Source: Candidatus Saccharimonadota bacterium
GTDB lineage: Bacteria; Patescibacteriota; Saccharimonadia; Saccharimonadales; Saccharimonadaceae
Length of the DNA: 64,000 nt
Direction of reading: 5' to 3'
Assembly: GCA_028289015.1 (NCBI GenBank)
Contig: JAQGHC010000015.1
Span: 9,210 to 73,209, forward strand
Shown in pieces: positions 17,205 to 26,475 of the stretch (positions are counted from its first letter, which is position 1; every line of letters begins with the position of its first letter). A program made the translations under genes and the position numbers. The notes beneath the pieces are model-generated. The model was not told the DNA's origin. It did not search any database and saw nothing but the letters and a program-made list of their open reading frames with translations.

Positions 17205-17251
17205 GTGGGTAACGGTGGGTATTATAGTAAAGCCAGTGGAAAGAAGTGGGT
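17205..17251 (+). promoter_or_regulatory. putative MraZ operator (phased GTGGG repeats)
   Basis: GTGGGT occurs at 17205, 17215 and 17246, and GTGGA at 17236. The spacings are 10, 21 and 10 bp. The repeats lie about 90-135 nt upstream of the mraZ ATG. Confidence 0.55.
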
Positions 17252-17339
17252 AGCACCACATAAAACAAACAAACAACCACTACCATTAAAAAATAACCCA
17301 AAACGTAAAAGCCAAACGGGCAAGGGGCACGCTAAGTCA

Positions 17340-17702
17340 ATGGACTATTTCGAACGAAAGCTTGATGACAAGCACCGGTTAACCATACCTACCGAACTTC
17401 GAAATGAATTTGCTAGCGGCGTCGTATTGACACGGGGCTTTGGCCAGTACCTTCACTTGTACCCACAAAATATCTGGGACAGGGAAGTGGAACCAGCGCT
17501 AGACGGTAGCATTCTCGATGAGAAGGTTGCTGATCTTAACGTACGATTCCGCCGAGGAAAAACTACTGTAGGACTAGACCAAAAACAAGGTCGCGTCACT
17601 ATCGAGCAGCACCTGCTTGACTACGCTGGAATTGACCGGGAACTGATTGCCGTCCGAGCTGGCGCATATTGGCGCATTTTGCCAGCAACTGCCGACGTAT
17701 AG
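17340..17702 (+). CDS. mraZ: transcriptional regulator MraZ (short form)
   Basis: MDYFERKLDDKHRLTIPTELRNEF and GLDQKQGRVTIEQHLLDYAGI are two SpoVT/AbrB-like D-x-(K/Q)-(H/G)-R-(L/V)-T-I repeats. The gene sits at the head of the dcw cluster. The listed ORF start at 17175 (GTG) adds a non-conserved basic extension. Confidence 0.75.
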   Translation: MDYFERKLDDKHRLTIPTELRNEFASGVVLTRGFGQYLHLYPQNIWDREVEPALDGSILDEKVADLNVRFRRGKTTVGLDQKQGRVTIEQHLLDYAGIDRELIAVRAGAYWRILPATADV

Positions 17703-18014
17703 GGAAGAGCAAAACAACCGCACTTTAACAATTCGCATCAGATAGTAAAGATACACTCTCGAGATCGACTATCTGGTAGTAGAGCAAGTGGACCTACGGT
17801 ACCACTATAAAAATACCGATGCACCTTTCTCAAACACAACACCTCCCAAAAAAAACTCCACCTCACACACATAAGTCTCTCAATTGAACGAATAGGATTA
17901 TAAGTTGCCTTTGGCGCTGCCGATTTCGTTCAACCACTTATTACAAAAACAAACACAATAAAAAACAAAAAAAGCTCTGCTGCCAGTTAGGTGATCTCGA
18001 GTAAACACTCCCCA

Positions 18015-18023
18015 TGTTATAAT
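18015..18023 (+). promoter_or_regulatory. extended -10 promoter element for rsmH
   Basis: TGtTATAAT lies 11 nt upstream of the rsmH ATG, after a 330-nt spacer. Confidence 0.5.
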
Positions 18024-18034
18024 AGGGAAAGTTT

Positions 18035-18925
18035 ATGAGTATTAAAGAACATCCACCACAACATGTTCCGGTTTTACTAGAAGCAACGCTTGATACGCTG
18101 CATCCCATTGAGGGCGAGAATTATCTCGATCTCACGGCGGGGTACGGAGGTCATGCTCGGCGCTTTCTAGAACGAACCAAAAACTACGAGGCTTCTGTTT
18201 TAGTTGACCGCGACAGTTTTGCAATTGCAGAACTTGGCGAGTTTACTGAAAAAGGGGTTACTTTATTGCATACTGATTTTGTCAGCGCTGCTCGCAGCCT
18301 GGTTGAAGAGGGAAGGCAATTTGATATCGTTCTTGTTGATTTGGGGGTGTCATCGCCACAGCTCGACAAGAGCGAACGAGGGTTTTCCTTTACGCATGAT
18401 GGTCCGCTTGATATGCGGATGGATCGTCGCCAGGATGTATCAGCGGAAACGTTGGTCAATTCGGCATCAAAAGACGAGCTCATCCATATTATCAAAACCT
18501 ATGGTGAAGAGCCGACTGGGTTTGCAAAGCGAATCGCTGATGCAATTGTTACTAATCGTCCGATTACAACAACCCGTACACTCGCCGAACTTGTCAAAAA
18601 TGCTTACGTCGGGAAATGGAAAAAAATCCATCCAGCGACGCGTACTTTTCAAGCCCTCCGTATTGCGGTCAACCAAGAACTGCGACAAGTTGAAGAGCTA
18701 TTGCCACTTATCCCTAAGCTTTTAAAGCCTGGCGGGCGAGTTGGTATCATCAGCTTTCATAGTCTGGAAGATCGGTTAGTGAAACAGTATTTCAATGAAG
18801 AAAAGAATGCTGGGTACGAAGCCGAACTTCAGTTACTGACCAAAAAACCGCTAGCCGGAGACATTTACGATGTTCACAATCCGCGATCGCGCAGCGCTAA
18901 GCTACGCGCCGCAGTGAAAAAATAA
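18035..18925 (+). CDS. rsmH: 16S rRNA (cytosine1402-N4)-methyltransferase
   Basis: Contains HVPVLL, YLDLTAGYGGH, DLGVSSPQLD, GPLDMRMD and SFHSLEDR. Confidence 0.95.
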   Translation: MSIKEHPPQHVPVLLEATLDTLHPIEGENYLDLTAGYGGHARRFLERTKNYEASVLVDRDSFAIAELGEFTEKGVTLLHTDFVSAARSLVEEGRQFDIVLVDLGVSSPQLDKSERGFSFTHDGPLDMRMDRRQDVSAETLVNSASKDELIHIIKTYGEEPTGFAKRIADAIVTNRPITTTRTLAELVKNAYVGKWKKIHPATRTFQALRIAVNQELRQVEELLPLIPKLLKPGGRVGIISFHSLEDRLVKQYFNEEKNAGYEAELQLLTKKPLAGDIYDVHNPRSRSAKLRAAVKK

Positions 18926-19095
18926 AACAAAAAAAGAAAGGGCACAAAAATATGCCTATTCACATCCCAGTACAAAACACATCAGTCGAAACACAAGTGA
19001 CTGTACGTTTTAAATAAACTGAATTGGTGTGTCCGCTGTAAAAGGCGGGCACACTACCAAAATAAAAATAAATAATAGAAACAAAAATAATAACC

Positions 19096-19446
19096 ATGTC
19101 ATACCAACGAACCACACAGTTCAGTTCTCGTCGTGCCAGCAATTGGAGTCGTAATCAAAATACCACTCGCTTCACCTCGAATGTCAAACTCGGCCCAGTG
19201 ACTCATACGGTGCTAGTCGCCCTTATGATTACCGTGCTCGGCTTGATATACTTAACACAGGCAACTCGTGCAACAAGTTATGATTATCAAGCGCAAGAGA
19301 TTGATACGAAGATCGCAGATCTATCGACACGGCAAGCCGATCTAGAGATTGAAAATGCACGCTTGACTGCACTAGAAAACGTCAAGAACAGTAGTGTCGC
19401 TAAGTCTATGACAAAGCCCGCTTCAACAAATTACGTCAGTGAATAA
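19096..19446 (+). CDS. ftsL: FtsL-like cell division protein
   Basis: A single TM helix (VLVALMITVLGLIYL) is followed by a coiled coil (IADLSTRQADLEIENARLTALE). The gene lies between rsmH and ftsI. Confidence 0.6.
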   Translation: MSYQRTTQFSSRRASNWSRNQNTTRFTSNVKLGPVTHTVLVALMITVLGLIYLTQATRATSYDYQAQEIDTKIADLSTRQADLEIENARLTALENVKNSSVAKSMTKPASTNYVSE

Positions 19447-19449
19447 AAT

Positions 19450-21204
19450 ATGCAATTAGATTTAGCAAAGGGAAGTCGTCCACGTACACTCGCTATTTTG
19501 GTATTAATCATTATGGCCGTGTTCGTTGTGCGGCTTTTTTATTTGCAGATAATACGCAATGACTTTTATATGTCCGCAGCAAAGCAAGAACAGCAGAGGC
19601 AGTTTGTTCTTCCTGCGGCTCGTGGTGAAATCTATGCCATGGATGCTGGTAAGCCAGTAAAAATTGTCATGAACGAAACTGTTTATACAGTATTTGCCGA
19701 CCCGAAAATTATAAAAGAATCTCAACCGGTTATCGACGTCATACAACGAATTGCTGGTGGTAATGCTCGGGCAAACCTAGATAAATTATTAGCTAAAAAA
19801 GAATCTCGCTATCAAATATTAGCGACGAAGGTTTCGTTAAAGCAGGCTGAAATGATCAAGGATGAAAACCTTAGTGGCGTTGGTTTTCAGCGCGAAACCC
19901 AACGTGTGTATCCAGAAGGTCAGCTAGCCGCACAGGCGCTTGGATTTGTCGATTTTGAAAAGAAGGGCCAATACGGTATTGAAGGCGCGCAGAATGAACG
20001 ATTAACGGGCAAGGATGGATTGCTGCAGACGGTTGCGGATGTACGTGATGTCCCACTTACTATTGGAAAGGATAATATCCATACGCCAGCGGATAACGGT
20101 GACAATATCGTTATGACAATTGACCGCAATATCCAATCACATGCTGAAAGTGCGCTTGCTGAAGGAATGAAACGCTCTGGCGCCACGAATGGTAGTGTGA
20201 TGGTAATGGATCCACAAACAGGCAAGGTGTTGGCAATGGCTAACTTGCCGACATATGATCCTTCTAAATACGGTCAGGTGCTAGATGCAGCCGCCTTCAA
20301 TAATGCGACGATCAGTGCGCCGTTTGAGCCTGGGTCTGACATCAAAACCCTGACGCTGGCTATCGGATTAGACAAAGGTGTTGTTGAACCAGATTCGACC
20401 TACAACAATACCGATTTTATTAAAGTTGAAGATCGAACGATTTCTAATGCGACAAAAGGTCAGACTGGCACTATAACGTACCAGCGTGCGTTAAACTATT
20501 CGCTCAATACCGGTTTTGTCACTATTGCGCAAAAACTTGGCAATGGCAGCAGTATTACCCGTGGCGCTCGCGATACGATGTATGATTATTTCCATAATAA
20601 GTTTGGATTAGGCGTATTGACGGACATTGAACTCGCAGGGGAAGCGCAAGGGACGATCGTTCCACCGACCGACCAAGACGGTGGTGCAGTGCGGTATTCC
20701 AATATGTCATTTGGACAAGGTATGGATGTGACTATGGTGCAAGTATGTGCCGCATTCAGTACGATTATTAACGGTGGTACTTACTACTCTCCAACGATTG
20801 TCGAAGGGGTTATGAGTGACGACGGCTCTAAAATCGAGGTAGCGCCAGCGAAAGAGTCAAGGCAGAATGTAATCAGCAGCAGCGCGTCGGACAAAGTACG
20901 GGCGATGATCCACGAGGCTCGGTCGACATTTTATAGTAGCAATGATACAGCGGGGTATTACACTGGTGGCAAAACAGGGACATCGCAGACGCTACGAGAC
21001 GGCAAATATATCGACAGCGAAACCGTGGGAACGTACCTTGGATTTGGCGGTAACGACAGTAGCAGTGGTGGCCCGAAGTATGTCATAATGGTGCAAGTAT
21101 CCGGTAAGAATATGAATCTTACAGGAAGCGTCGACGCATTGCCGATTTTTACTGACATCTCAAACTGGACGCTTGATTATATGAAACTGCAACCGAAAGG
21201 CTAA
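19450..21204 (+). CDS. ftsI: penicillin-binding protein (class B transpeptidase, FtsI-like)
   Basis: An N-terminal TM is followed by SxxK (SDIK), SxN (SNA) and KTGT motifs. The gene is in dcw context. Confidence 0.85.
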   Translation: MQLDLAKGSRPRTLAILVLIIMAVFVVRLFYLQIIRNDFYMSAAKQEQQRQFVLPAARGEIYAMDAGKPVKIVMNETVYTVFADPKIIKESQPVIDVIQRIAGGNARANLDKLLAKKESRYQILATKVSLKQAEMIKDENLSGVGFQRETQRVYPEGQLAAQALGFVDFEKKGQYGIEGAQNERLTGKDGLLQTVADVRDVPLTIGKDNIHTPADNGDNIVMTIDRNIQSHAESALAEGMKRSGATNGSVMVMDPQTGKVLAMANLPTYDPSKYGQVLDAAAFNNATISAPFEPGSDIKTLTLAIGLDKGVVEPDSTYNNTDFIKVEDRTISNATKGQTGTITYQRALNYSLNTGFVTIAQKLGNGSSITRGARDTMYDYFHNKFGLGVLTDIELAGEAQGTIVPPTDQDGGAVRYSNMSFGQGMDVTMVQVCAAFSTIINGGTYYSPTIVEGVMSDDGSKIEVAPAKESRQNVISSSASDKVRAMIHEARSTFYSSNDTAGYYTGGKTGTSQTLRDGKYIDSETVGTYLGFGGNDSSSGGPKYVIMVQVSGKNMNLTGSVDALPIFTDISNWTLDYMKLQPKG

Positions 21205-21206
21205 CT

Positions 21207-22247
21207 ATGGACCAAAATAAATTGCACAATGTGTTTACCCAGGATTTGACCGGAGTATTCATACTCAGTGTTATCGCATTTATCCTGGCAATGATGCTTA
21301 CGCCGCTATATACCTATCTGGCATATCGTTATAAATTCTGGAAAAAACAGCGCATGACAAGTATGACAGGCGAGCAGCTTGAAGTTTTTACAAAGCTTCA
21401 TGCAGACAAGTTTAAACGTAACATCCCAACGATGGCTGGTTTGATCGGGATCATTGCGATCGTCATTATTACGATGACGCTTAATTTAGACCGCGCAGAA
21501 ACATATCTGCCTCTCGCGGCACTAATTGGCGGCGGCTTGGTCGGCTTGCTTGATGACATTATTAATTTAAAAGGGCAAGGTACGGGCGTTGCCGGGCTGC
21601 GTTCTGAATTAAAGTTTACAATGATTTCAGTGCTGGCAGTGGTGTTAGGATTATGGTTCTTTAAGAATATCGGTGTCGATGCGGTGCATTTGCCATTTCT
21701 TGGTGACTGGACATTAGGCTGGCTGATTGTGCCTCTATTTGCATTTGCTGTCGTCGCGACAAGTAACGCGGTAAATATCAGCGATGGTCTTGATGGACTA
21801 GCGGGCGGTTTGCTGACGGTTAGCTTCGGTACGTTCGGAATCATAGCATTATTACAGGGGCAAATTGTCCTTGCTGGATTTTGCTTTACTGTTGTTGGTG
21901 CGCTCCTAAGTTATCTATGGTTTAATATTTATCCCGCACGCTTCTTTATGGGTGACGTCGGTAGTTTTGCTTTCGGAACAAGCTTGGGTGTTGTCGCTAT
22001 GATGACAAACACACTTTTCTTGTTACCGATCATCGGTATTATCTTTGTAATCGAGGCCGGCTCTAGCTTGATACAGATTCTTAGTAAGAAGTTTTTTCAT
22101 CGTAAGATATTTTTGTCTGCACCCGTTCACCATCATTTAGAAGCAACAGGATGGCCAGAGACAAAAGTAACGATGCGTTTTTGGGTGATTGCCTGTGTCG
22201 CCGGATTCTTGGGCGTATTGCTTGCACTTGCCGGAGGGCATATCTAG
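21207..22247 (+). CDS. mraY: phospho-N-acetylmuramoyl-pentapeptide transferase
   Basis: Polytopic membrane protein with NAVNISDGLDGLAGG, FMGDVGS and PVHHHLE motifs. Confidence 0.95.
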   Translation: MDQNKLHNVFTQDLTGVFILSVIAFILAMMLTPLYTYLAYRYKFWKKQRMTSMTGEQLEVFTKLHADKFKRNIPTMAGLIGIIAIVIITMTLNLDRAETYLPLAALIGGGLVGLLDDIINLKGQGTGVAGLRSELKFTMISVLAVVLGLWFFKNIGVDAVHLPFLGDWTLGWLIVPLFAFAVVATSNAVNISDGLDGLAGGLLTVSFGTFGIIALLQGQIVLAGFCFTVVGALLSYLWFNIYPARFFMGDVGSFAFGTSLGVVAMMTNTLFLLPIIGIIFVIEAGSSLIQILSKKFFHRKIFLSAPVHHHLEATGWPETKVTMRFWVIACVAGFLGVLLALAGGHI

Positions 22248-22250
22248 ATC

Positions 22251-23561
22251 ATGCAAAATACCAGGCGTTTGGTGGGGAAAGTCGGTAACAACGTTCGAGC
22301 CGTCGTCGTGCGTCGCCATAGGCCTGATTACCAGATCGTGCTTTATATGGGATTATTGATGCTTTTAGGACTGGTTATTATGTATGCAATTGGCCCGCAG
22401 CGTGCTAATGTCTTGAATAACTCTTACGGCACAGATTTCTATACAAGCACCTACTTTTTTATGAAACAAGGGGTGAGCTTACTGTTCGCCATCGCAGCGT
22501 TCGTCATTATGGCAACGTTGCCGTACAGTTTCATACGGCAGAATGCCTTAAAGATTCTTTTTGTCGGACTAGGCGCATGTCTGCTGTTGTTTGTAGCTGG
22601 TAATATCTTACATATGGATACGATTGCCAAATGCGAACTAGGCGGTACAGCGTGCCGATGGTTTAATCTGGGGCCGTTAGGGAGTATACAGCCGGCTGAA
22701 ATCCTCAAGTTCGGTCTGCTGGTGTACGTGGCTGGTTTTTTGGGTATGCGCATCAAACAGGGTCTTGTAAACGATCGGGATAAAACGCTCATTCCATTAG
22801 GTGCTCTCATTGGACTAGCGACACTCTTCATTATTGTTATTCAGAAAGATATGGGTACTGGTCTTGCGATGTTGGCTATCATGGCAAGCATGCTAATGGT
22901 TGGGGGTGTTAGCAAAAAAGTAGGCGCTATGCTGATAGTAGTCGGCGTCGTTGCAGGACTGTTATTTGTCGTTACTTCACCTCACCGCGTTGAGCGAGTG
23001 ACGACCTTTTTAGCAGGGGATAATTCTATGACCTCCGGCGATGCGGATGCGAATTACCACATTAATCATGCAAAAATTGCAATTGGCAGCGGAGGATTGG
23101 ACGGCGTAGGGATCGGTAATAGCGTTCAGGCGACTGGTTATTTGCCCGAGGCAATTAACGATTCGGTGTTTGCGATCATGGGCGAGACATTCGGCTTTAT
23201 CGGCCTGACAATTATTTTGCTGATATTTACGGCGTTATTATTACGATTATTACGAATTACCGACCATTTACCTGATCTGTGGATGAAGTTAGCTGTTGCC
23301 GGTGTCTTTGGTTGGTTGGCGTCCCATGTTATATTGAATGTAGCAGCGATGATAGGGGTAGTACCATTGACTGGCGTGACATTGCCGTTACTAAGTTTTG
23401 GTGGTACAAGTATGATATTTATCGCCGGAGCATTAGGCTTGGCATTCCAATTATCACGTTACACTATTCATGAATCAACACATAAGGAGACGAATTATGA
23501 AAATATTGGCAGTCGGCGGGGGGTCGGGCGGACACGTTACGCCGGTACTCGCCGTAATTAA
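22251..23561 (+). CDS. ftsW: SEDS family peptidoglycan polymerase FtsW
   Basis: About 10 TM segments with QPAEILKF, QKDMGT, EAINDSVFA and LPLLSFGGTSM motifs. The 3' end overlaps murG. Confidence 0.85.
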   Translation: MQNTRRLVGKVGNNVRAVVVRRHRPDYQIVLYMGLLMLLGLVIMYAIGPQRANVLNNSYGTDFYTSTYFFMKQGVSLLFAIAAFVIMATLPYSFIRQNALKILFVGLGACLLLFVAGNILHMDTIAKCELGGTACRWFNLGPLGSIQPAEILKFGLLVYVAGFLGMRIKQGLVNDRDKTLIPLGALIGLATLFIIVIQKDMGTGLAMLAIMASMLMVGGVSKKVGAMLIVVGVVAGLLFVVTSPHRVERVTTFLAGDNSMTSGDADANYHINHAKIAIGSGGLDGVGIGNSVQATGYLPEAINDSVFAIMGETFGFIGLTIILLIFTALLLRLLRITDHLPDLWMKLAVAGVFGWLASHVILNVAAMIGVVPLTGVTLPLLSFGGTSMIFIAGALGLAFQLSRYTIHESTHKETNYENIGSRRGVGRTRYAGTRRN

Positions 23562-24639
23562 CGAACTGCATCGGCAGGACTCTGATTTAAAAGTTTGGTT
23601 CGTTTGCGATAAGGCATTCGAATCACAATCTCGAGGTATTATGGCGAGCGCGGACGTACCCGTGGCTGTCTTAACGATAGTTGCCGGAAAGTTCCGCCGC
23701 TATGCTCATTTGACGCGTCTTCAGCATCTTACGAGTCTTCAGATCGTCTCAAAGAATATTATAGACATTTTCAAAATAGCCATTGGTTTTTTTCAATCGA
23801 TAATAGTGCTACTACGCGTACGTCCGGACGTGGTGTTTGCCAAAGGTGGGTATGTTTGTTTACCGCTAGGCGTAGCGGCCAAGTTGCTGGGCTATCCGAT
23901 AGTAATTCATGATTCCGACACGCGCCCAGGCCTGACGAACCGCGTGTTGGCACAATATGCAACTGTTATTGCAACAGGTTCGCCATTGGAAAATTATTCT
24001 TACGACCGTCAAAAAACACATTATATCGGGGTGCCGATCGGAAGCGAGTTTAAGCCTGTCAGTACACGGGATCAGCGTCGCTACAAACAATCACTTGGTT
24101 TCGACCCAGACCTGCCGTTGGTCGTTGCGACTGGTGGTGGTTTGGGTGCGCAAAGTATTAATATGGCGCTAGCTAAAGCTGCCAGAACATTGTCCGGCAA
24201 AGGGGTTGCCATATATCACGTGACCGGTAAAAGCCACTACGAAGTAGTCGCCCCACTGGTTAAGGATATCTCGCAGTATATGGCCGTGCCGTTCGTTTAT
24301 GAAAAGATGAACGAAGTGTTGGGGGCTGCAGATGTCGTGATCTCCCGAGCGAGCGCAACATTCCTTCAGGAGTTAGCGGGCCTCGCAAAGGCGGTCATTG
24401 TGGTACCGGCCAGACAATTGGGTGATCAGTTAAAAAATGCAGATGTATATAAAGCGGCTGATGCGGCGATTGTAATGAGCGACGATGAAATAGGAGCGGC
24501 TACGAATCTTGAAGATGTTATCGTGGGATTAATTGATAACGAAGAGCTGCGAAAAACTATGGGAGATAAACTGCACGCCTTCGCGCGGCCCGATGCTGCA
24601 CCAGACCTCGCAATGCTTATTCTAAAGGCAGCAAAATAA
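23497..24639 (+). CDS. murG: UDP-N-acetylglucosamine--N-acetylmuramyl-(pentapeptide) pyrophosphoryl-undecaprenol GlcNAc transferase
   Basis: MKILAVGGGSGGHVTP is preceded by an AAGGAG SD at 23483-23488. GGGLGAQSIN and the C-terminal GT28 pattern are present. The listed start at 23470 has no SD. Confidence 0.9.
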   Translation: MKILAVGGGSGGHVTPVLAVINELHRQDSDLKVWFVCDKAFESQSRGIMASADVPVAVLTIVAGKFRRYAHLTRLQHLTSLQIVSKNIIDIFKIAIGFFQSIIVLLRVRPDVVFAKGGYVCLPLGVAAKLLGYPIVIHDSDTRPGLTNRVLAQYATVIATGSPLENYSYDRQKTHYIGVPIGSEFKPVSTRDQRRYKQSLGFDPDLPLVVATGGGLGAQSINMALAKAARTLSGKGVAIYHVTGKSHYEVVAPLVKDISQYMAVPFVYEKMNEVLGAADVVISRASATFLQELAGLAKAVIVVPARQLGDQLKNADVYKAADAAIVMSDDEIGAATNLEDVIVGLIDNEELRKTMGDKLHAFARPDAAPDLAMLILKAAK

Positions 24640-24669
24640 GCATAACTTTGTTACAATAACAGTAGTATT

Positions 24670-25611
24670 ATGTCACTGTTCTCAAAAAAGAAGCCCGATA
24701 TTCCTCGCCGTCGTCAGAGCGGTATTGCAAATGTGCCCGAACGAGCGACAGAAAGCAGCCTAGACGAGCGATATGCTTTTAGGCGTAACCGGACGATCAC
24801 TGGTAGCGCGTCATCCCAGGTTGCTACTACGAATGAGTCAAGCGCCCAGTTAAAGTCAAGTCGTGTGCAAGTACATGAGCTAGCACAGCAACGACGACGT
24901 ATTGGCGGCATGCTTGCATTTGTTGTCGGCGGTATAATTGTGCTTGCGAGTCTAGTGACGCAGTTTACTGCCGAAGAGATCGTCAGAACTTCGGATGTCA
25001 CGCAAAAACTAGATCCTATATACGCTCAAGCAGTTGACTCCTATCTTGCCCGTCAGCCGATCGAACGGTTGCGCTTTTTGTTGCGCGAAGATGCTTTGAA
25101 TGAATATGTGCAGTCTATCGCCCCTGAGGTTGCCACAATTCACATCGACGGTTTTGCTGGTTTGGGTAAATCCCTGTTTATCGTCGAAATGCGACGCCCG
25201 ATTGCCGGTTGGAGCATACGCGGTACGCAGCAATATGTAGACATATCCGGTGTATCGTTTGCAAAAAATCATCACACAAGGCCGCTTGTTCAAATCATCG
25301 ATAACAGTGGTATCCAGGTTGAAGTGGGTCAGGCGGTCGCGAGTAATCAGTTCCTCGGGTTTGTTGGTCGTGTCGTCGGCTTATCGAACGCCCAGCAACA
25401 TACCGTGACGCAAGTAGTTATCCCTCAAGACACGACACGTCAAGTTGAACTGCGCATTAAGGACGTGAGCTATCCGGTCAAATTATCGGTTGATCGTCCG
25501 GCGGGGGAGCAGATAGAAGATATGACAAAATCAATTGCATGGCTAAATAGTCGCGGGGTGGTGCCGCAGTATTTAGACGTACGAGTGAGCGGACGGGCGT
25601 ATTATCGCTAA
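24670..25611 (+). CDS. ftsQ: FtsQ-like (POTRA-containing) cell division protein
   Basis: A basic cytoplasmic N-terminus and one TM (LAFVVGGIIVLASLV) precede an extracytoplasmic domain. It is the last gene of the dcw cluster. Confidence 0.6.
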   Translation: MSLFSKKKPDIPRRRQSGIANVPERATESSLDERYAFRRNRTITGSASSQVATTNESSAQLKSSRVQVHELAQQRRRIGGMLAFVVGGIIVLASLVTQFTAEEIVRTSDVTQKLDPIYAQAVDSYLARQPIERLRFLLREDALNEYVQSIAPEVATIHIDGFAGLGKSLFIVEMRRPIAGWSIRGTQQYVDISGVSFAKNHHTRPLVQIIDNSGIQVEVGQAVASNQFLGFVGRVVGLSNAQQHTVTQVVIPQDTTRQVELRIKDVSYPVKLSVDRPAGEQIEDMTKSIAWLNSRGVVPQYLDVRVSGRAYYR

Positions 25612-25617
25612 GACTTT

Positions 25618-25670
25618 AAGAGGGGTGTTCTCTCTCCTCTTGTTCTGCTGTTCTATTTTTGTTCTTTTTT
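25618..25670 (+). terminator. probable intrinsic terminator of the dcw operon
   Basis: AAGAGGGG (25618-25625) pairs with CTCCTCTT (25634-25641) with one G.U pair. A long T-rich tract with four TGTTCT repeats follows. Confidence 0.5.
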
Positions 25671-26427
25671 ATGACAATGATTGTATACATAAGAAAGTAT
25701 ATTAATATATATAAATAGCAAAAAAGCAAATAATTAAGCAACACGGCAAGGTGAGGGGAGGGTAAGTATTTTCAAAGAATACTAGTCGATGAGCTGTAAA
25801 AAACATATGAAAGTATACTAATGCTATAAAAGTCAAATATAGCAAATGTATACTGGTGTGGATAACTGCATGCTTCCGCATATGAGTAGCTGTATGCATT
25901 GGCACTCTCGAGCATAGACAGAATACGTTCAAGGTACCCAGCTGAATGGCAATACAAGTAAGTATACAAAGTGCAGTTTATTGTGAGTGGTATAAACCCG
26001 CACGAGAATACAAAAGACGTATCAGGTCCCTGTTGTAAGAGTATAGGTTATTTTTTACTATCCCATGAAGACGCACACGTAATCATCTTACACAAGTATA
26101 TTTAATGTCGTAAAAGATATATTGTACGACCCATAATATATATTGCTATTATGTACCCTTTTTATATATACAGTGTGTTTTTTGATCGGTCTTCAAAATG
26201 TGTCTAATGTTAATTTCCCCTCACTTCACTCTTCTTAGTGTCGCGCTATTGTCTCCCTCTAATAAATGCTTATGATCGGTTTATAATTTTACATAGCGTA
26301 AACATTCATTATGGTTTATCGTTTTTGGCCGTATCTATAAATCGTGTTTTAAGTAAAGTTTAAATGTTCTAATTTTGTTCTATTCCATATCGAACTGTTT
26401 TTCAAATTAACGTCGTCTAAAAAGGCG

Positions 26428-26459
26428 TAAAAAAGAGGTGAGCAGTCACTCACCTCTTT
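26428..26459 (-). terminator. intrinsic terminator
   Basis: On the minus strand AGAGGTGAG-tgactg-CTCACCTCT is followed by TTTTTT, directly downstream of the 26476..26946 stop. Confidence 0.8.
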
Positions 26460-26475
26460 ATGTAGTATTTTAGTG

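Noticed and set aside
17175-17339. 55-codon N-terminal extension of mraZ from a GTG start
   Set aside because: The extension is Lys/Asn/Pro-rich and covers the GTGGG repeats and a G-free tract. The conserved MraZ N-terminus begins at ATG 17340.
26128-26230. dif-like XerC/D site (CCCATAATATATATTGCTATTATGTA and CTAATGTTAATTT)
   Set aside because: Neither segment aligns to the 11-6-11 dif architecture. The right arms do not follow a 6-bp spacer and the left arms match poorly.
25612-26427. Replication origin (oriC) hypothesis for the AT-rich block
   Set aside because: Only one exact DnaA box and one 7/9 match were found by eye. No dnaA or dnaN gene is nearby. The evidence is insufficient, so it is kept only as a possibility within the finding.
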